Source: Camelus dromedarius (taxonomy: Eukaryota). From it: a stretch of 64,000 nt of DNA. Shown here one piece after another: positions 13,462-26,335 of this stretch; position 1 is the first letter of the stretch, and every line of letters starts with the position of its first letter. The notes beneath the pieces are model-generated. The model was given only the letters and a program-made list of their open reading frames with translations. It was not told the DNA's origin and did no database searches. Made by a program: the position numbers and the translations under genes. The stretch lies in the NCBI RefSeq assembly GCF_036321535.1, contig NC_087437.1, forward strand, positions 11,410,001 through 11,474,000, read 5' to 3'.

Positions 13462-13632
13462 AGCAGTTCTCAAAATACAGTGGTCCCAGGACCACGTGGA
13501 GAGCTTGTTAAAACCCGCGTTTCTGGCCCCCGCCCCCAGAATTTTTGGTTCTGTAGGTCTGCGGTAGGACCCAAGAATCTGCATCTCTGACAAGTTCTCA
13601 GTGATGCTCATGGTGCTGGTTTGACAACCCTG
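13461..13632. mobile_element. MER5A-like MITE
   Basis: CAGCAGTTCTCAAA...GAGCTTGTTAAA...GAATCTGCATCTCTGACAAGTTCTCAGTGATGCT. Confidence 0.8.
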
Positions 13633-15774
13633 GTCTGTATGCCCTCTGTATTCATTTTCAAATTTAAAATCTCTGAGTTACGTGAAGTTTTTTTTTTTCC
13701 CCATTTATATAACTTTTTGAGTGGAAAGCTGCCAAGTTTATATTTATGTCATTTGCCAACAAGGCTCAGTCAGTTAGTTACAGACGTGTAGAATTAAGAC
13801 ATTTACAAAATGTTCACAGTCATAAATGTGCTGCCCCAAATTTCAGCTTCTGCCTTTTCCTCAGTGGTTTTCTTGGTCCAAAGAAATGTCACATTTAAGT
13901 TCTAGGTATAAGGAACCCCTGGCACGTTCTCTGAAATTTAAGTTTGTTACAATAAGTCAGTCCTCTGCCATTTGCCAGATAACGATGCTCTCAAGGGATA
14001 ACGTCATTAATAATGGATTCACTTGCCAATAACTGCCATGACATTTGTACCATGCATGGATACATTTCTATCCAGCTTGACTCTTCTTCTAAATAGGCAG
14101 AAGTCTAGTTGTATTCTTCTAATCTTAAGAGCGGTTTGGGGATTTCAGGTGAGTTAAAGGGGTCCATCGTGATGCTGGAACACAGAAGGTAAGCAGAACA
14201 GCTACGAGGACCAGAATCACAGAGCACAAAAGAGAAAAGCTTCGTAACACTTTGCAAGTACACTTACTCACCCTCTTACTAATTCATTCATTTTTTTATT
14301 TGAGAAAATATATGAAATATATCAAAGCTATTATGGTGTCTGGCTCATCTCCATTTTCAGAACTGGAAAAAGGTATGAAGTATACTATAAAGAAACAGGA
14401 TAAGTGAAATGAGAAATAATTTGGGCATTGTGAGAATGGATTAGATTTGCTAAGAGAGGCTATGTAATGTACAAAAAAACCAAGCAGATTTCATTCTATT
14501 CATGGAATCTGAGAGCGTCCTGCCCAAAGGCAAGTAGGATGGAAGACTTGGCCAGCATCTCCAGGAAAAGCCCATTTTCGCTTCTTGAACAGACAGCATA
14601 ATATTATCTTTTGCACAAAAGGATGACATATTTTTCATACGAAAACAACTCAGAATTGTGGAAAAGGAGGACATATTATATCACGACCCTCTATTTAAGT
14701 TGCAACATTTGTGCAAGCAAGTTTTTAAAAAATCAGTACCAGCATTGTACTGAAATTGTCTTTTAACTTGTCTCTCACCGCCTCCAGATTCTTAACTTCT
14801 TGTGGGCAGGAACCTCATCTCAAAAGGCCTATGATTCCAGCAGCCAGCACACAGCTGGTCCAGCAGATGCTCAGAACTGCTCACTAAATGAAGACGCACC
14901 GTCCATCCCTTATATCGACAGGGAGACTTTCAGCTTTTCCATGATGTAATTTGATTGGCACTTTGATTCTCTAAGTAGAGAACTAGAAATATTTATACTA
15001 GGAAAAGTAAACATGTGGACTTGTCTCAGAGAAAAATAAAAACTTCCAATATTGAAAAACATCTGGAAAGCTCATAGAGAAAGGAGAATCAATAAACACT
15101 GCAGATTCTGCAGACCCAGTTTTGCCTGTTCTCAGGCACTCTCTCCCTAAACATATCACAATGGGCTCTCATGCTACTTTTAGATCAGTCAGAACTTGGC
15201 CTTGTAGAACAGTCACTACAATGCACTGAAATGTTGCTTCTGTTCACCTTCACCCATCTCCTGGGCTTCAGGGATGCGGGGCTGTTAATCTGTGATCCAT
15301 GGACCACAGTCCCTAAGGGGTCCAGAGATGAAGCTCTAATTCAGTATAATTAGTTTCCTTGGTAATCCTATGTATTGTATTTAAAAGCATTATTCTGAAA
15401 AGAAGTCTTCAGGATTCACCAAGATAGCTAAAGGGGCCCACGGCACAAAAACGGTTACAAACACCAAGCTGCCTTGGCTGACAGATGTTTACTTATCACC
15501 CTTCCTCCTCATAAGCCACAGAGCCAATTTCTCATACCACATTTATTTTATTTTCTTCCTGGAAGGTTGACTATCTAACCTTAACGACCTGATTATTTCC
15601 TAGGTCTCAAATGGAACCAAAATGCCCCAGAAAACAGTACTTCTGCCATCATTTAAGCAATTGTTAAATTATCATCCACAATTTGTCTAGAGTACAAGGA
15701 ATTTTGCATTACATTGATCATTGAGGTTAGATGATTTTTAGCATTTAAAATTTTCCATTTTTAGGGCTATGCCT

Positions 15775-16117
15775 TGTTATGGGCTGAAGGTTTGTATTCT
15801 CCTCCCCCACACAATTTATATGTTGAAGCACTAACCCCAGGACCCTCATGATGGGATTAGCATCCTTACAAGAAGAAGAAGACAGAGAAACCTTACTATT
15901 TCTGAGCGCACACACCAAGGAAAGAGCACAAAGAGAGGACACAGCGAGAAGACAGATGTCTGCAAACCAGGAAGAGGGCCCTCACCAGACATGGAACCTG
16001 CCAGCTCCTTGGTGATGGTCTTCCCAGCCTGCAGAACTCTGGGAAATACATTTTTTGTTGTTTAAACCACCCAGATCCATGGTTGTTTTGTTATAGCAGC
16101 CAGAGCTGACTAAGACA
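15775..16117 (+). mobile_element. MLT1A-like MaLR solo LTR
   Basis: Starts TGTTATGGGCTGAA, ends GACTAAGACA; perfect 5-bp TSD TGCCT at 15770-15774 and 16118-16122. Confidence 0.92.
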
Positions 16118-17539
16118 TGCCTCTTGTCATTTACAAGACTTTCTCAGTTTACGAGTACCTACCTGCTTATACAAAACAGTGACTCTAGAAAGAAAGCATT
16201 CCTTTTTTAATATACTATTTTTAAGCGTGGTTCAAGAAGATGCCGTGAGATGCAAAGAAAGAAATCCCACATGCTCCATTTCTTCACAGCCAGCCCTGTC
16301 GCCATCACTAGCTAAGAGGCAGGGAGGAATTTTGCATGCAGCCAACTTAAGAGATTTGGTTTAACATTCCAGTCTCAACTATTAGGTTTCTCTCCTCTAA
16401 GCATCTCAGAACTCTGAATCTGGACAGATAGCTAGGCAATTTATAGATCGAGCTGAAGACTCTCGGTCCCCTCCTGGGCTGAGCTCAGCGCCTTTCACTA
16501 GCAGCTTTGTCTATTCCTGTTGAAACCGGAACAGGTTCAAGTCTTAGTACTATGGTGTAATCAGAAGAAATAGAAATTTTATATCAAAACAAAATTTCCT
16601 CAGCACAATATCTCTCTCTTTCCAGGAAAATACTGTTCTTTATACCTTTCTTTACCTTTATTTCTCTGGTAAACAGTCATGTTTGTATCAGGAAATGCAC
16701 AGTCACACTGCCAGCGTGGGATGGGGAGGAGCCAGGAGGAGCACGAGGCTGGAGCCTAAATGGCCCTTCTTACTCTGCCTTCAGTGCTCCTGCAAATTGA
16801 GAAGGTGAAGGTCAAGTTTGACAGAAGTTAAAGTTGGGTAAATTCCAATGCACAACACTCAACATTGATGAGATGTAGGCACTCAAGCAGCCCTTTAAAC
16901 GCCCTGAAGTTGGTGGTGGAAATCCAGGCTCTTCTTGAGAGCTTCTGGAATATCCAGTGTAACGTGCAGACACAACGATGGGGGGGGGTGTCACACAGCC
17001 ACCTTAGACGGGTTTCCTTTTCTTTTGCTTCCCTTTGCCACTGAACCCCTCTGCTTGGCTTCCCCCCATCCGGTACCCTGGGTTTAACCCCTCTCTCCTT
17101 TATTCAGATCCAAGCCCTGCATGTTTACTGTAAAAATCAGACTCCTGGGGCCACAGGGACTTAAACAGCCCTCCCACCTCACCACAACCCTGCAGAATGC
17201 CCAGGATCTTTTTTTTTTCTCTCTCCTCCTGACAACTTTCATGATGTTTTCTGGATGGTGTGGGGAACACAAAAGTATGAAGGAGAACACCATCGCCCCT
17301 TTCAGATTAAAAATGATGTTGCTTCGTAGGAAACAAAATTCAGGCTCCCAGGCGGAACTGATCGGGTCCACTTTCTGTTGTCACTCGATAAGTTCCCATA
17401 CTACTCTGACATGAGCTTAAAAAGGAGACGTCAGTAGCCCAAGACCCAGAGGAGAAAGAAACATTTACTCATATAACAAATGAGAACTGCCAAGCACAGA
17501 ACTCACTCTGCGCTGGTCTTGGATTTTCTTGACACTTAC

Positions 17540-17661
17540 AGCTTTCACAAAGCTGTGCTGAAAAGGATTCTGAGTTGGGACTTGAACACATCATGGTATC
17601 AGGACGACCCGATACATGATTTCCTTCAGGTTTTAAGAACATCTTTTAGTTTGTTCCAAAT
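17540..17661 (-). other. Candidate non-coding exon
   Basis: Acceptor CTTGTTTTGTAG and donor GCT|GTAAGTG on minus strand; stops in all three frames. Confidence 0.2.
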
Positions 17662-18192
17662 CTACAAAACAAGTCTTCACCTAGGTGGCCAGAGCAGAGC
17701 AAGTTGTGGTCCAAGGTAATAAAAGGAAGGCTGGGGGAGGCCAGAGAAGGCTCAGTTCCTGGTCCCGGCAGGAAACGAGGCACGATCGGCAGTCAGAGCC
17801 GGGCTTTCTAAGTCAACATCGTGAGTTTTCTCCTCTACTGCTTGTATCTCAGTATCAGCATTCCTAACGACCTGGAGGGCAGGCCAACTCTCTTTTGAAA
17901 GCCATCCTGGAAGCAGAGTTCTAGAGCTCAAGTTTGTGGGATTCCATCTACCTCCTGAGAGCGGGCGGCAGCAATGTTTTTAACCCCTTGTTATTACTTG
18001 GTTGAGGCACTCTTCCATTAATAGACTTAATACCTGTTTATCCCACTGCTATTCAAAGTCTTCTGCAAGCTGCCAAAGGATGTTTTTACCGTGTTCCTAG
18101 CGATGAATAGCCCGGCTTTTTTCTGCCGATATAAGCAAGCCTGTGGTTGACTGCCAAACTTAAAATTCCCAGGCGGAGGCAAGTACACTAAA

Positions 18193-18447
18193 GCAGTGTT
18201 GTTCAAACCATGGGTCCCAACCCATCCGTGGGTGGTGAAATCCATTTAGTGGGTAGCAAGAAGCACCTTTTAAAAAATGAAATAGAGTAGACTGGAAAGC
18301 AGCAGGGCTTCCTGCGTTGACTAAGAGTAAGGATTGTTTTGTGAAGCTTTGGTTTTGAGTTCACAGACACACACCACTTGTTGGCTGCGTAGTTATGTAA
18401 AACGTATTTCTTACTGTGGACTGTGGTCCTCGTTTTGAAAGCCACTG
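18193..18447. mobile_element. hAT-Charlie-type MITE
   Basis: Terminal inverted repeats CAGTGTTGTTCAAAC / TTTTGAAAGCCACTG; related copy in opposite orientation near 41937-42170. Confidence 0.7.
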
Positions 18448-19069
18448 CGCCAGAGCCTTGCCAGAAACGCTCAAAGAAGTGACTTGCTGAAGGAAATAAA
18501 GCCCTTCTGATTTCTGACCATGGTCCAGAGTGCTGGCTCGGAAAAGGGAGGGGACCAGGAGACTCACGAAAACTGGATGAGAGCCCAGTATGGGGTTTCA
18601 AGCCAGAGGCTGGCTGGCCAAATGGGAGGGTTGGCAAGTGGACAAACAAGGGTTTATTACTGCTGCTTATTAGCCGCATGAAGACAAGGAATTTTTAAAG
18701 AAATCCAGCACACAGACTTCAAGCACCAACTAGATCTCCAGGTATGTGACTTCCCTTGGAGAGAGATATTTCATCAGTGGCGTGGTTGATGCTTTGCACA
18801 GAGCTCTGAATGCTTAGTAAATGCAAACAAAAGTGTAAGTGTGCTTGAGATGTATATTCTATTAGGGTGAAATGTAAGACATTGCCATGATCTGGTCATT
18901 TTTCACCTACAGAAATTGCAATATTATAAGGTCCCACCTTCAAACAAACTGCATTCCAATTTTTCTTAGGGTAAAACAGCTAGTGTGTGTATATGTCCAT
19001 CTATCTACCTATCCATTATCAATCTTTTTTGGGAGGGGGATGGGCAATAAGGATTAAAATGCAAGTTTA

Positions 19070-19225
19070 GAGAGGAGGGTACACCTCAGTGGTAGAGCTT
19101 GTGCTTAGCGTGCACAAGGTCCTAGGTTGAATCCTTAGTACCTCCATTAAAAAATAATAATAATAATAAATTTAAAAAACCAATTACCCCCGAAAAAACA
19201 CCAAAAATAAATAAATAAAATTTTT
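19070..19225 (+). mobile_element. Camelid-type tRNA-derived SINE (Vic-1-like), copy 1
   Basis: A-box-like CTCAGTGG, B-box-like GGTTGAATCC, then AGTACCTCCATTAAAA and A-rich tail. Confidence 0.9.
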
Positions 19226-19244
19226 AACAATGATTTAAAAAAGC

Positions 19245-19378
19245 AGAGGAGGTATAGCTGAGTGGTAGAGCACATGTCTAACATGCACAAGATCCTGAGT
19301 TCAATCCCCAGTACCGCCATTAAAAGTAAATAAACAAAAACCTAATTACCTTCCATCCCCCCAAAAAATAAATTAAAA
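19245..19378 (+). mobile_element. Camelid-type tRNA-derived SINE (Vic-1-like), copy 2
   Basis: GGTATAGCTGAGTGGTAGAG...GAGTTCAATCCCCAGTACCGCCATTAAAA...CCTAATTACC tail. Confidence 0.9.
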
Positions 19379-20929
19379 AATGCAAGTTTGCTTTTCAGAA
19401 ATGAAGCAGAATGTAAATATCACTTAAGCTGCATTTAAAGAAACAAACACTCCGAGTTTGGGGCTTTTCCCTCTCATGCTGAAAAATCTTAAAGTTTCTG
19501 TAGCTTCACCTACACATGTCCCCATCCCACCCCCAGTGAGGACCTTCAATGTCTTTCATAAACAACATCCTCATTTTTTCAAGGCAATGCTTATCTTCTC
19601 CCTCCTGGTTTTTAACTGTAGCAGACAGCATGCATTTTTCTGGAGATTACCTTCCTAGTAGAAAAGAAATGAACCAAGCCGTGCTTCCTTTTTATTTCCT
19701 CAGCCGCCCAGAAACGTGTCCACAAGGCAATAAAGTTTTCCACAATGTCTGAGCGAGAAAGAAACGAGCCAAGAAAAATCCTAAAACACTGGCAGGAAGA
19801 AAAATATTTGGTGCTTAGTTTTGTTTCTTTCTAGCTGGGAAGGAGGGGAAAGGAATCTTCAGAAAGTTTGCTAAGAGGCTCTAATTACATGCACTGCACG
19901 TGTCTCTCTTCGTGGGCCATGCGGCTCTTAGTGTGAGGGCTGCCTGTCTGCTCCGGGTCCTTCTGAAATGTCGAAATCGACACAAGAGACATGTTGTCAA
20001 CAAAATGTTCCTTGAGGTCAGCATCATCCTCTAGGCGTGCTCCCTGTAAACCTCCAAAACTATATTCAAAGCCATTTTGAAACAAGATTATGAATCAAAG
20101 TTCCTCCTTAGATCCAGTCAACATAGTTTAATCGTTAAAAGTGTGATTTTTCTGACAACTCAATTCAATGCCTACTCTAGGAGACATGGTGCACAAGGAA
20201 GTGGTTAAAATACTCTAATTAATCAGAAATTGAAAAAAAAAATTCTTTCTGACTAGAGGAGCCTGGTTTTTCCAGCAATTGTTTCTCCTGGGCTGGTGTT
20301 CAAAACACTCAACAGCGGCAGAATCGCACAGCAATGACTAACCCTGAAGCCTTCACTTGGGGATCCCAGAGCGTCATCCGGCCCTAGAAGTTAATATTTT
20401 TCTATGCTCTTAGGCATGAATTAAAGGACCCTAAAATGGTGCTTGAAATTTTTCTGGCTAACTGACTGTAGGGAAACTGAGCTTAGCCCTTTGCACTGTG
20501 TGAGAACAGAGTCGGGGTGGTTACCTGTCCTGCTCACTGTGATTAACTGAGGAAAAGACATCAGCTGGTCACCTGCGTTTTCCTTACACATCACCACTCT
20601 CAGCCTCCCTCTGGGGGACCTCGCCTAACTCGTAGGGAGATCCACAAAATCATTTTCCTCCCGTGACAGGAGGTTAGAAGCCAAACTGTACACGAACACA
20701 AAGTTCAAGGAGACTCTTCAACTAAAACCCCACCACACAGCAGTTCAAGGACTTTAGAAGAAAGTCATTTTAAATACTGGGCTCTGCCACCTGCTTTTAT
20801 TAGCAAATGACACAGGTCTCTGCTTGGACCCGTCTCGAAAATGAGGTGCAAACTTGCTCCCAAAGCTCCATCAGTCCCCCTGTGAACACATGGATTATTC
20901 CCTCGTCCACTGTCAGTAAGATGCAAATT

Positions 20930-21660
20930 AGTCCAGCATTTTGGCAAAAACTGTCAGAATTCCAAGTGCATATAGTTTTTGATCCCACAATCGCACCTCT
21001 TGGAATTTATCCCACAGACACATTCATTCATACGCCTGCAATATACATATATAATATATTCATTCATGTATATAGAAAATACGTGTTCACTGTGGCTTGT
21101 GTGAAATTACAACAGTCTAGAAACAAATGCTTATTAATAGAAGAACCAGTGAATAAGTTTTGGCACATCTAATCATTCTGTGGCTGTTAGAAAGATGAGA
21201 GAGAGTAACATGGGGTAAAGTTGTATCGAAAGGTACAGAAAGGTATCAAAGTTCCGTTGTTTAAGGAAAAAGTAAGTCATAGCACGATATGTATATATAA
21301 AATGATTCCATTTGTGTAAAAGATATAAGTAAGATCTATCTGTCTGTCTGTATCTCTCTATCTATCTATCTATCTATCTATCTATCCATCTCTGTCTGTC
21401 TATCTATCTACCTATGTAGCTATCCATCCATCCCTGTGTGTGTATGCAATATCTACCTACATCTCCGTCTGCAGGCATACCTATGGCTATGTAATGTAAG
21501 TTCTATGCATAAAAAATTTCTGGTAAGGTATATAAGGAAATGTTACTAGTGGTCACCTAGGGAGTAGGGCTGAGAGAGAGGGAGGGGAATTTTATGTCTT
21601 ACTTACATCCTTCTGAACCCTCAATGTTAGTATTATTTTCACTATAAGCATACATTACTT
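20930..21660 (+). mobile_element. Old L1M 3' region
   Basis: Degenerate TTTGATCCCACAATCGCACCTCTTGGAATTTATCC...GTTCACTGTGGC...ATGATTCCATTTGTGTAAA. Confidence 0.7.
21334..21432. repeat. Compound (TCTA)n/(TCTG)n microsatellite
   Basis: Directly visible. Confidence 0.9.
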
Positions 21661-22584
21661 GTATTAAAATACTTTTTACAGAGCTCCATGGTCATAGTTA
21701 CTACAAAAATTATGCCTTTCAGCCCCCAGGGGCATTCAACATACAACTAAGTCTAATATTTGTATTTTGGGTGGAAGCAAGGCTCTGACCTGAGATGAAG
21801 ATGTTGGTCCCTCCTCTGAGCTCCTGTGTTCTGCACCGAGTGCATTGCCTTGTTCCCAGCCCTCCTCCCTGGCTGGACAGGAAGCCTCCTGCTCGGGGCC
21901 AGGAACTGTCTTGCTGTCATTAATGAAGCCCTGATTCTCAGCACAGCACCAAGCAAATACTGGGCAGCCAGTATATCTTGTTGATAAAAAGCCAGCAGCG
22001 TCATCTCAACTACAGTTCTATCAGGGGCATCACATGTTAGGCTTAACGATCGATAAAGGAAAGAGGGCAACTGGTTTTGAAGATATTAGCAAAGTTTGTC
22101 ATAAACCAAAAATTCACTAAACAAGGAGTAAGCGCCGAAGGGCTGCAGGTCCTTGAACCCACTCTTTGGAAGACTTCTGAGACTTGCGCTCTCATTGTCA
22201 GAGCGCTCTGGTTGTCAGAAGCCTTCTCTCCCTCTTGTTAAAGGTCAGCTACTTGGGCAACATGTGTTTCATTGAAATTTAAAGCTGTGCTTGCTGGAAT
22301 CCAACCGTTTTGCTGAGAAATTCCGGGAAAAGAAGGATCTCGGGAAAATGCTCTTCTTGATTAGTTAAATTACTCCCTTTGCAGAATTGGATGGGGGGTA
22401 GGGAGTAGGGAAGGGGGAATCGAGAACACATGGCAAACGAACTAAAGAAAACAACTGCTCTCTGGAGTTGAAAACCAACAGAAAGCTGTGGAAAAGGGAT
22501 TTCTGTCTTGGTGGAGCAAACTCTTCTGAAGCCCTGAGCCTGCCAAGCCAGGGTTAAGGGCTCTCCTGGACTTTCTTTGAAAGG

Positions 22585-22780
22585 CAGTATCTTGTAGTGG
22601 CTTTGAAGTCGGGATGTTTTGAGTTACTTACTAGCTGGCTGTGCAACCTCAGGCAATTTACTTTACCTTTCTCAACCTCAGTTTCCTTATCAGTAAAATA
22701 GGAATTATCATAGTCTCATCTCACACAGGATTTCTGAAGGTTGAATGAGACATTATCTGTAAGAAATTCTTCATAGTGCA
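22585..22780 (+). mobile_element. MIR
   Basis: TACTAGCTGGCTGTGCAACCTCAGGCAATTTACTT...CCTCAGTTTCCTTATCAGTAAAATAGG. Confidence 0.75.
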
Positions 22781-23524
22781 CCATAACGGTAACAGGTGTT
22801 ATGGTTTTGTTTCTATAATACTGCAGGACACTCTGATAAAACAATACCAGAATACTATAAACGTGGGGTTTTAGTTGCAAATTTGGACCAGTTCCCTCTG
22901 TTTCCTGGTCCTCTCACTGATCTATGGTTCTCAGACCATGAAAAACTTGTGTCCTATAAATTACACTGAGGCATCTCAGTGCAAAAACAGATATTTGGCC
23001 AAAGTTAAATATTTTACTTTATTTTAAATTCAGAAAAATTTACCAGTTTTCTAAAAAAACACCATTTGATAGAATTTCTCAGTTGCAAAGTTTCTCTGTG
23101 TTTGTTTCTCATAATTTTTTTGTACCTTCTACCACTCACTGGTCTGTCCCAGAGTCAAGTGCAACATCTTAGTTGACTTTATCCTAAATAGGTTCATTCC
23201 TTTTGAAAGTGCTCTGCATCATTACGTTTCGGTGCTCTAGGAGTTTGATGACCTTCAGATATTCTGACAGCTGCATGGATTTGAGAATGTTGAGACATGA
23301 CGTTGACTAAGTTATTGAGGTTTCTCTAGACTCTGGAACCTCTCTCACCAGCATTATGTGACCACACGCAGGGCCCCCCCCCCCCCCAGTGGGGCTGTGT
23401 CCTTGGGAAGAGAACCTTCAGTCAGAGAGAGAGCAAGGAAAATCAGCTAGAAACGCCCTTCTCCTTCTCACTAAGGACACCCTGCAGTGCTCTATTATTT
23501 CAGTTTAAAATTATGTATTATGTT

Positions 23525-24031
23525 GATGACTGGGTAAAGAAGGTGTGGTATATTTATACAATGGAATACTATTCAGCCATAAAAACCGACAACATAATGC
23601 CATTGCAGCAACATGGATGTTCCTGGAGAATGTCATTCTAAGTGAAGTAAGCCAAAAAGAGAAAGAAAAATATCATATGAGATTGCTCATATGTGGAATC
23701 TAAAAAACAAACAAACAAACAAAAAAAACCCGAAACAGAAACAGACTCATAGACATAAAATACAAACTTGTTGCCAAGGGGGCGGGGGGTGGGAAGGGAC
23801 AGACTGGGATTTCAAAATGTAGAATAGATAAACAAGATTATATTGTATAGCACAGGGAAATATATACAAGATCTTATAGTAGCTCACAGAGAAAAAATGT
23901 GACAATGAATATATATATGTTCATGTATAACTGAAAAATTGTGCTGAACACTGGAATTTGACACAACATTGTAAAATGATTATAAATCAATAAAAAATGT
24001 TAAAAAATAATAAAATAAAATAAAATATTAA
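23525..24031 (+). mobile_element. Young 5'-truncated L1 with perfect 18-bp TSD
   Basis: TSD AAAATTATGTATTATGTT at 23507-23524 and 24032-24049; TT/AAAA endonuclease site; A-rich tail. Confidence 0.97.
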
Positions 24032-24414
24032 AAAATTATGTATTATGTTAAACATACAGAAAAGTATGAGAATCAACATAACAAAACCCAAGACACGCAA
24101 CTTCAATTGATCAAATCTTATCTTTCTGCCATATTGCTGAATTTATTGTTTACCACTCCCATGTGCTTTCTTATTCTGTTTAAATATATGGTAATCTATT
24201 CTTTTACTAATTCAACTTTAGAGAAAATGAGGCCAGATTAATTCAGTTCTCTCAAACAGAATTTAGGCACATGGTACCGTTTCCTGAGCCTGGCAAGGCT
24301 GGTACTGTATCCTCAGGCCATTGAAAGGGCTGAGCTGAACTAGGCTGTGCCCAGGCTATGGCCAGGGCAGTAAAGCAGATGCTGTGGTAACGTTTAAAGC
24401 ATCAAGTTCAGTTT

Positions 24415-25010
24415 ACACTAACTGCTGATTCCCCACAATCCCTCCCATCCTACATGTTTCGGGCGATCTGACTTTGCCCTTCCTTGCATCAAGAGAAGAA
24501 GTTTGGCAGACACAAACCACTACGTATGGAACAGATAAACAACAAGGTCCCGCCGCAGAACACAGTGAACGATATTCAGTGGTTTGTAGTAACCCGTAAT
24601 GAAAAAGATGTATATATGTGTGTATAACTGAATCACTACACTGTACACCAGAAACAAACATAACATTGTAAATCAACCACACTTCAGTTTAAAAAATGGG
24701 AAAAAATTAAAGAGATGGAGTTGATTTTCCCACCCTCTGAATTAAGGTGACCTTGTGTCTTGCTCTGATCCGTGGGTGTCTCAGTGACGCTGTGCAGCCT
24801 CTGAGACTGCCCCTTTGGAGGCCTGCAGCTCCTGCTTCCCCATTGTTTTGGAAGTCAGCCACTGTGTAGGAAGTCAGGCTACCCCGAGATGCCCATGACA
24901 TGAGGAAGCCCAAGCTGGCCACGGGGAGAGAATCACAGGAGGTAAGAACTTGTTGTTTAAAGCCACTGAGTTTTGGGGTGGTTTTTATACATCATTGGAT
25001 AAATGAAACA
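24415..25010 (+). mobile_element. MLT1-type MaLR LTR interrupted by an L1 3' end (~24498-24708, +)
   Basis: LTR end TTGTTGTTTAAAGCCACTGAGTTTTGGGGTGG...GAAACA; L1 insert flanked by AAGAGA on both sides. Confidence 0.75.
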
Positions 25011-25019
25011 CACTGCCTC

Positions 25020-26335
25020 TCTTACAGTTAAGATATAAGCATATAACTCAGCTCCGGCCAATGAGATGTCAAGGCAGCTTCCCGGAGGTAGCTTGTGTGT
25101 GTGTTGGGTGGTGGTGGGGAGGTATCTGGAAGAGGTAGTTCTTCCTGTAATGAAGACACATGTAATTACTCCATTTTTAGTTTTTTAAGAAACCTCCATG
25201 CCGTTCTCCATGGTGGCTGCACCAATTTACATTCCCACCGACAGTGTAGGGGGGTTCCTTTTTTTCTAATCCTCTCTAGTATTTATCATTTGTGGACTTT
25301 TTAACGATGGCCATTCTGACTGGTGTGAGGTGATAACCTCATTGTAGTTCTCGTATGCATTTCTCTTACAATTAGCAATATTGAGCATCTTTTCATGTGC
25401 CTACTGGCCATCTGGATGTCTTCTTTGGGGAAATGTCTATTTAGGGCTTCAGCTCATTTTTTGATTGGGTTGTTTTTTTTTTTTATATTGATATCTAAAA
25501 ACAGAGTTACCATATGATCCAGCAATTCCACTCCTGGGCATATATCCAGAGAAAACTCTAATTTGAAAAGATGCATGCACCCCAATGTTCACAGCAGCAC
25601 TATTTACAATAGCCAAGACAAGGATACAACCTAAATGTCCATTGACAGGTGACTGGATAAAGATGTTGTATAGATATAATATATATGTATATATACAGTG
25701 GAATATCACTCAGCCATAAAAAAGAATGAAATAATGCCATTTGCAGCAACATGGATGGACCTAGAGATGATCATATTAAGTGAAGTAAGTCAGATAGAGA
25801 TAGACAAATATAAGATGTCACTTATACATGGAATCTAAAAAAAGATACAAATGAACTTATTTACAAAACAGAAATAGACTCACAGACATAGAAAACAAAT
25901 ATGGTTACCAAAAGGGAAAAGGGTGGGGACGGGTAAATTAGAAATCTGGGATTCACAGATACACACTTCTATATGTAAAATAGATAAACAACAAGGAACA
26001 GCATGTGTGTACATATATAACTGAACCACTCTGCTGTACGCCTGAAACTAACACATTGTAAATCAACTATACTTCAAAAAATGTTTTTAAAAAAGGAGAA
26101 ACTACTTCTCTTCTTGGCTTTGGAGGCAGCTGGGCGGGCATGAGACCTGGAGATGTGACAGCTTGTGTGGCTCTGAGGGGACGAGCCTGGGATGAAAGGT
26201 ACTGTGTGGCACACAGCAGAGCAGCAAGAGGTCATCTGGATGATATAGTCACGTTGGAGGATGAATAAACTCTAAAACCAACCACCTCCATGGTTCCTGC
26301 TTTGTGAGATAACACACCTCAAAGTTGTTTTTAGT
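25020..26335. mobile_element. Old ERVL-type (LTR16-like) LTR split by an L1
   Basis: GGCCAATGAGATG...GGTATCTGG left and GAGACCTGGAGATGTGACAGC...TGTGAGATAA right of the L1. Confidence 0.5.
25162..26094 (+). mobile_element. 5'-inverted L1 (antisense ~25162-25493, sense ~25494-26094)
   Basis: The two halves are adjacent in L1 coordinates (CTAAAAA..GAG..TTAC at both breakpoints); A-rich 3' end. Confidence 0.9.

Noticed and set aside
18203..18679. Longest ORF in the window (158 aa)
   Set aside because: About half overlaps a hAT MITE; composition looks random
19070..19330. tRNA genes (also 41514-41602 and 55753-55878)
   Set aside because: tRNA-Ala-like heads but with mutated arms, A-rich tails and TSDs; these are SINE copies
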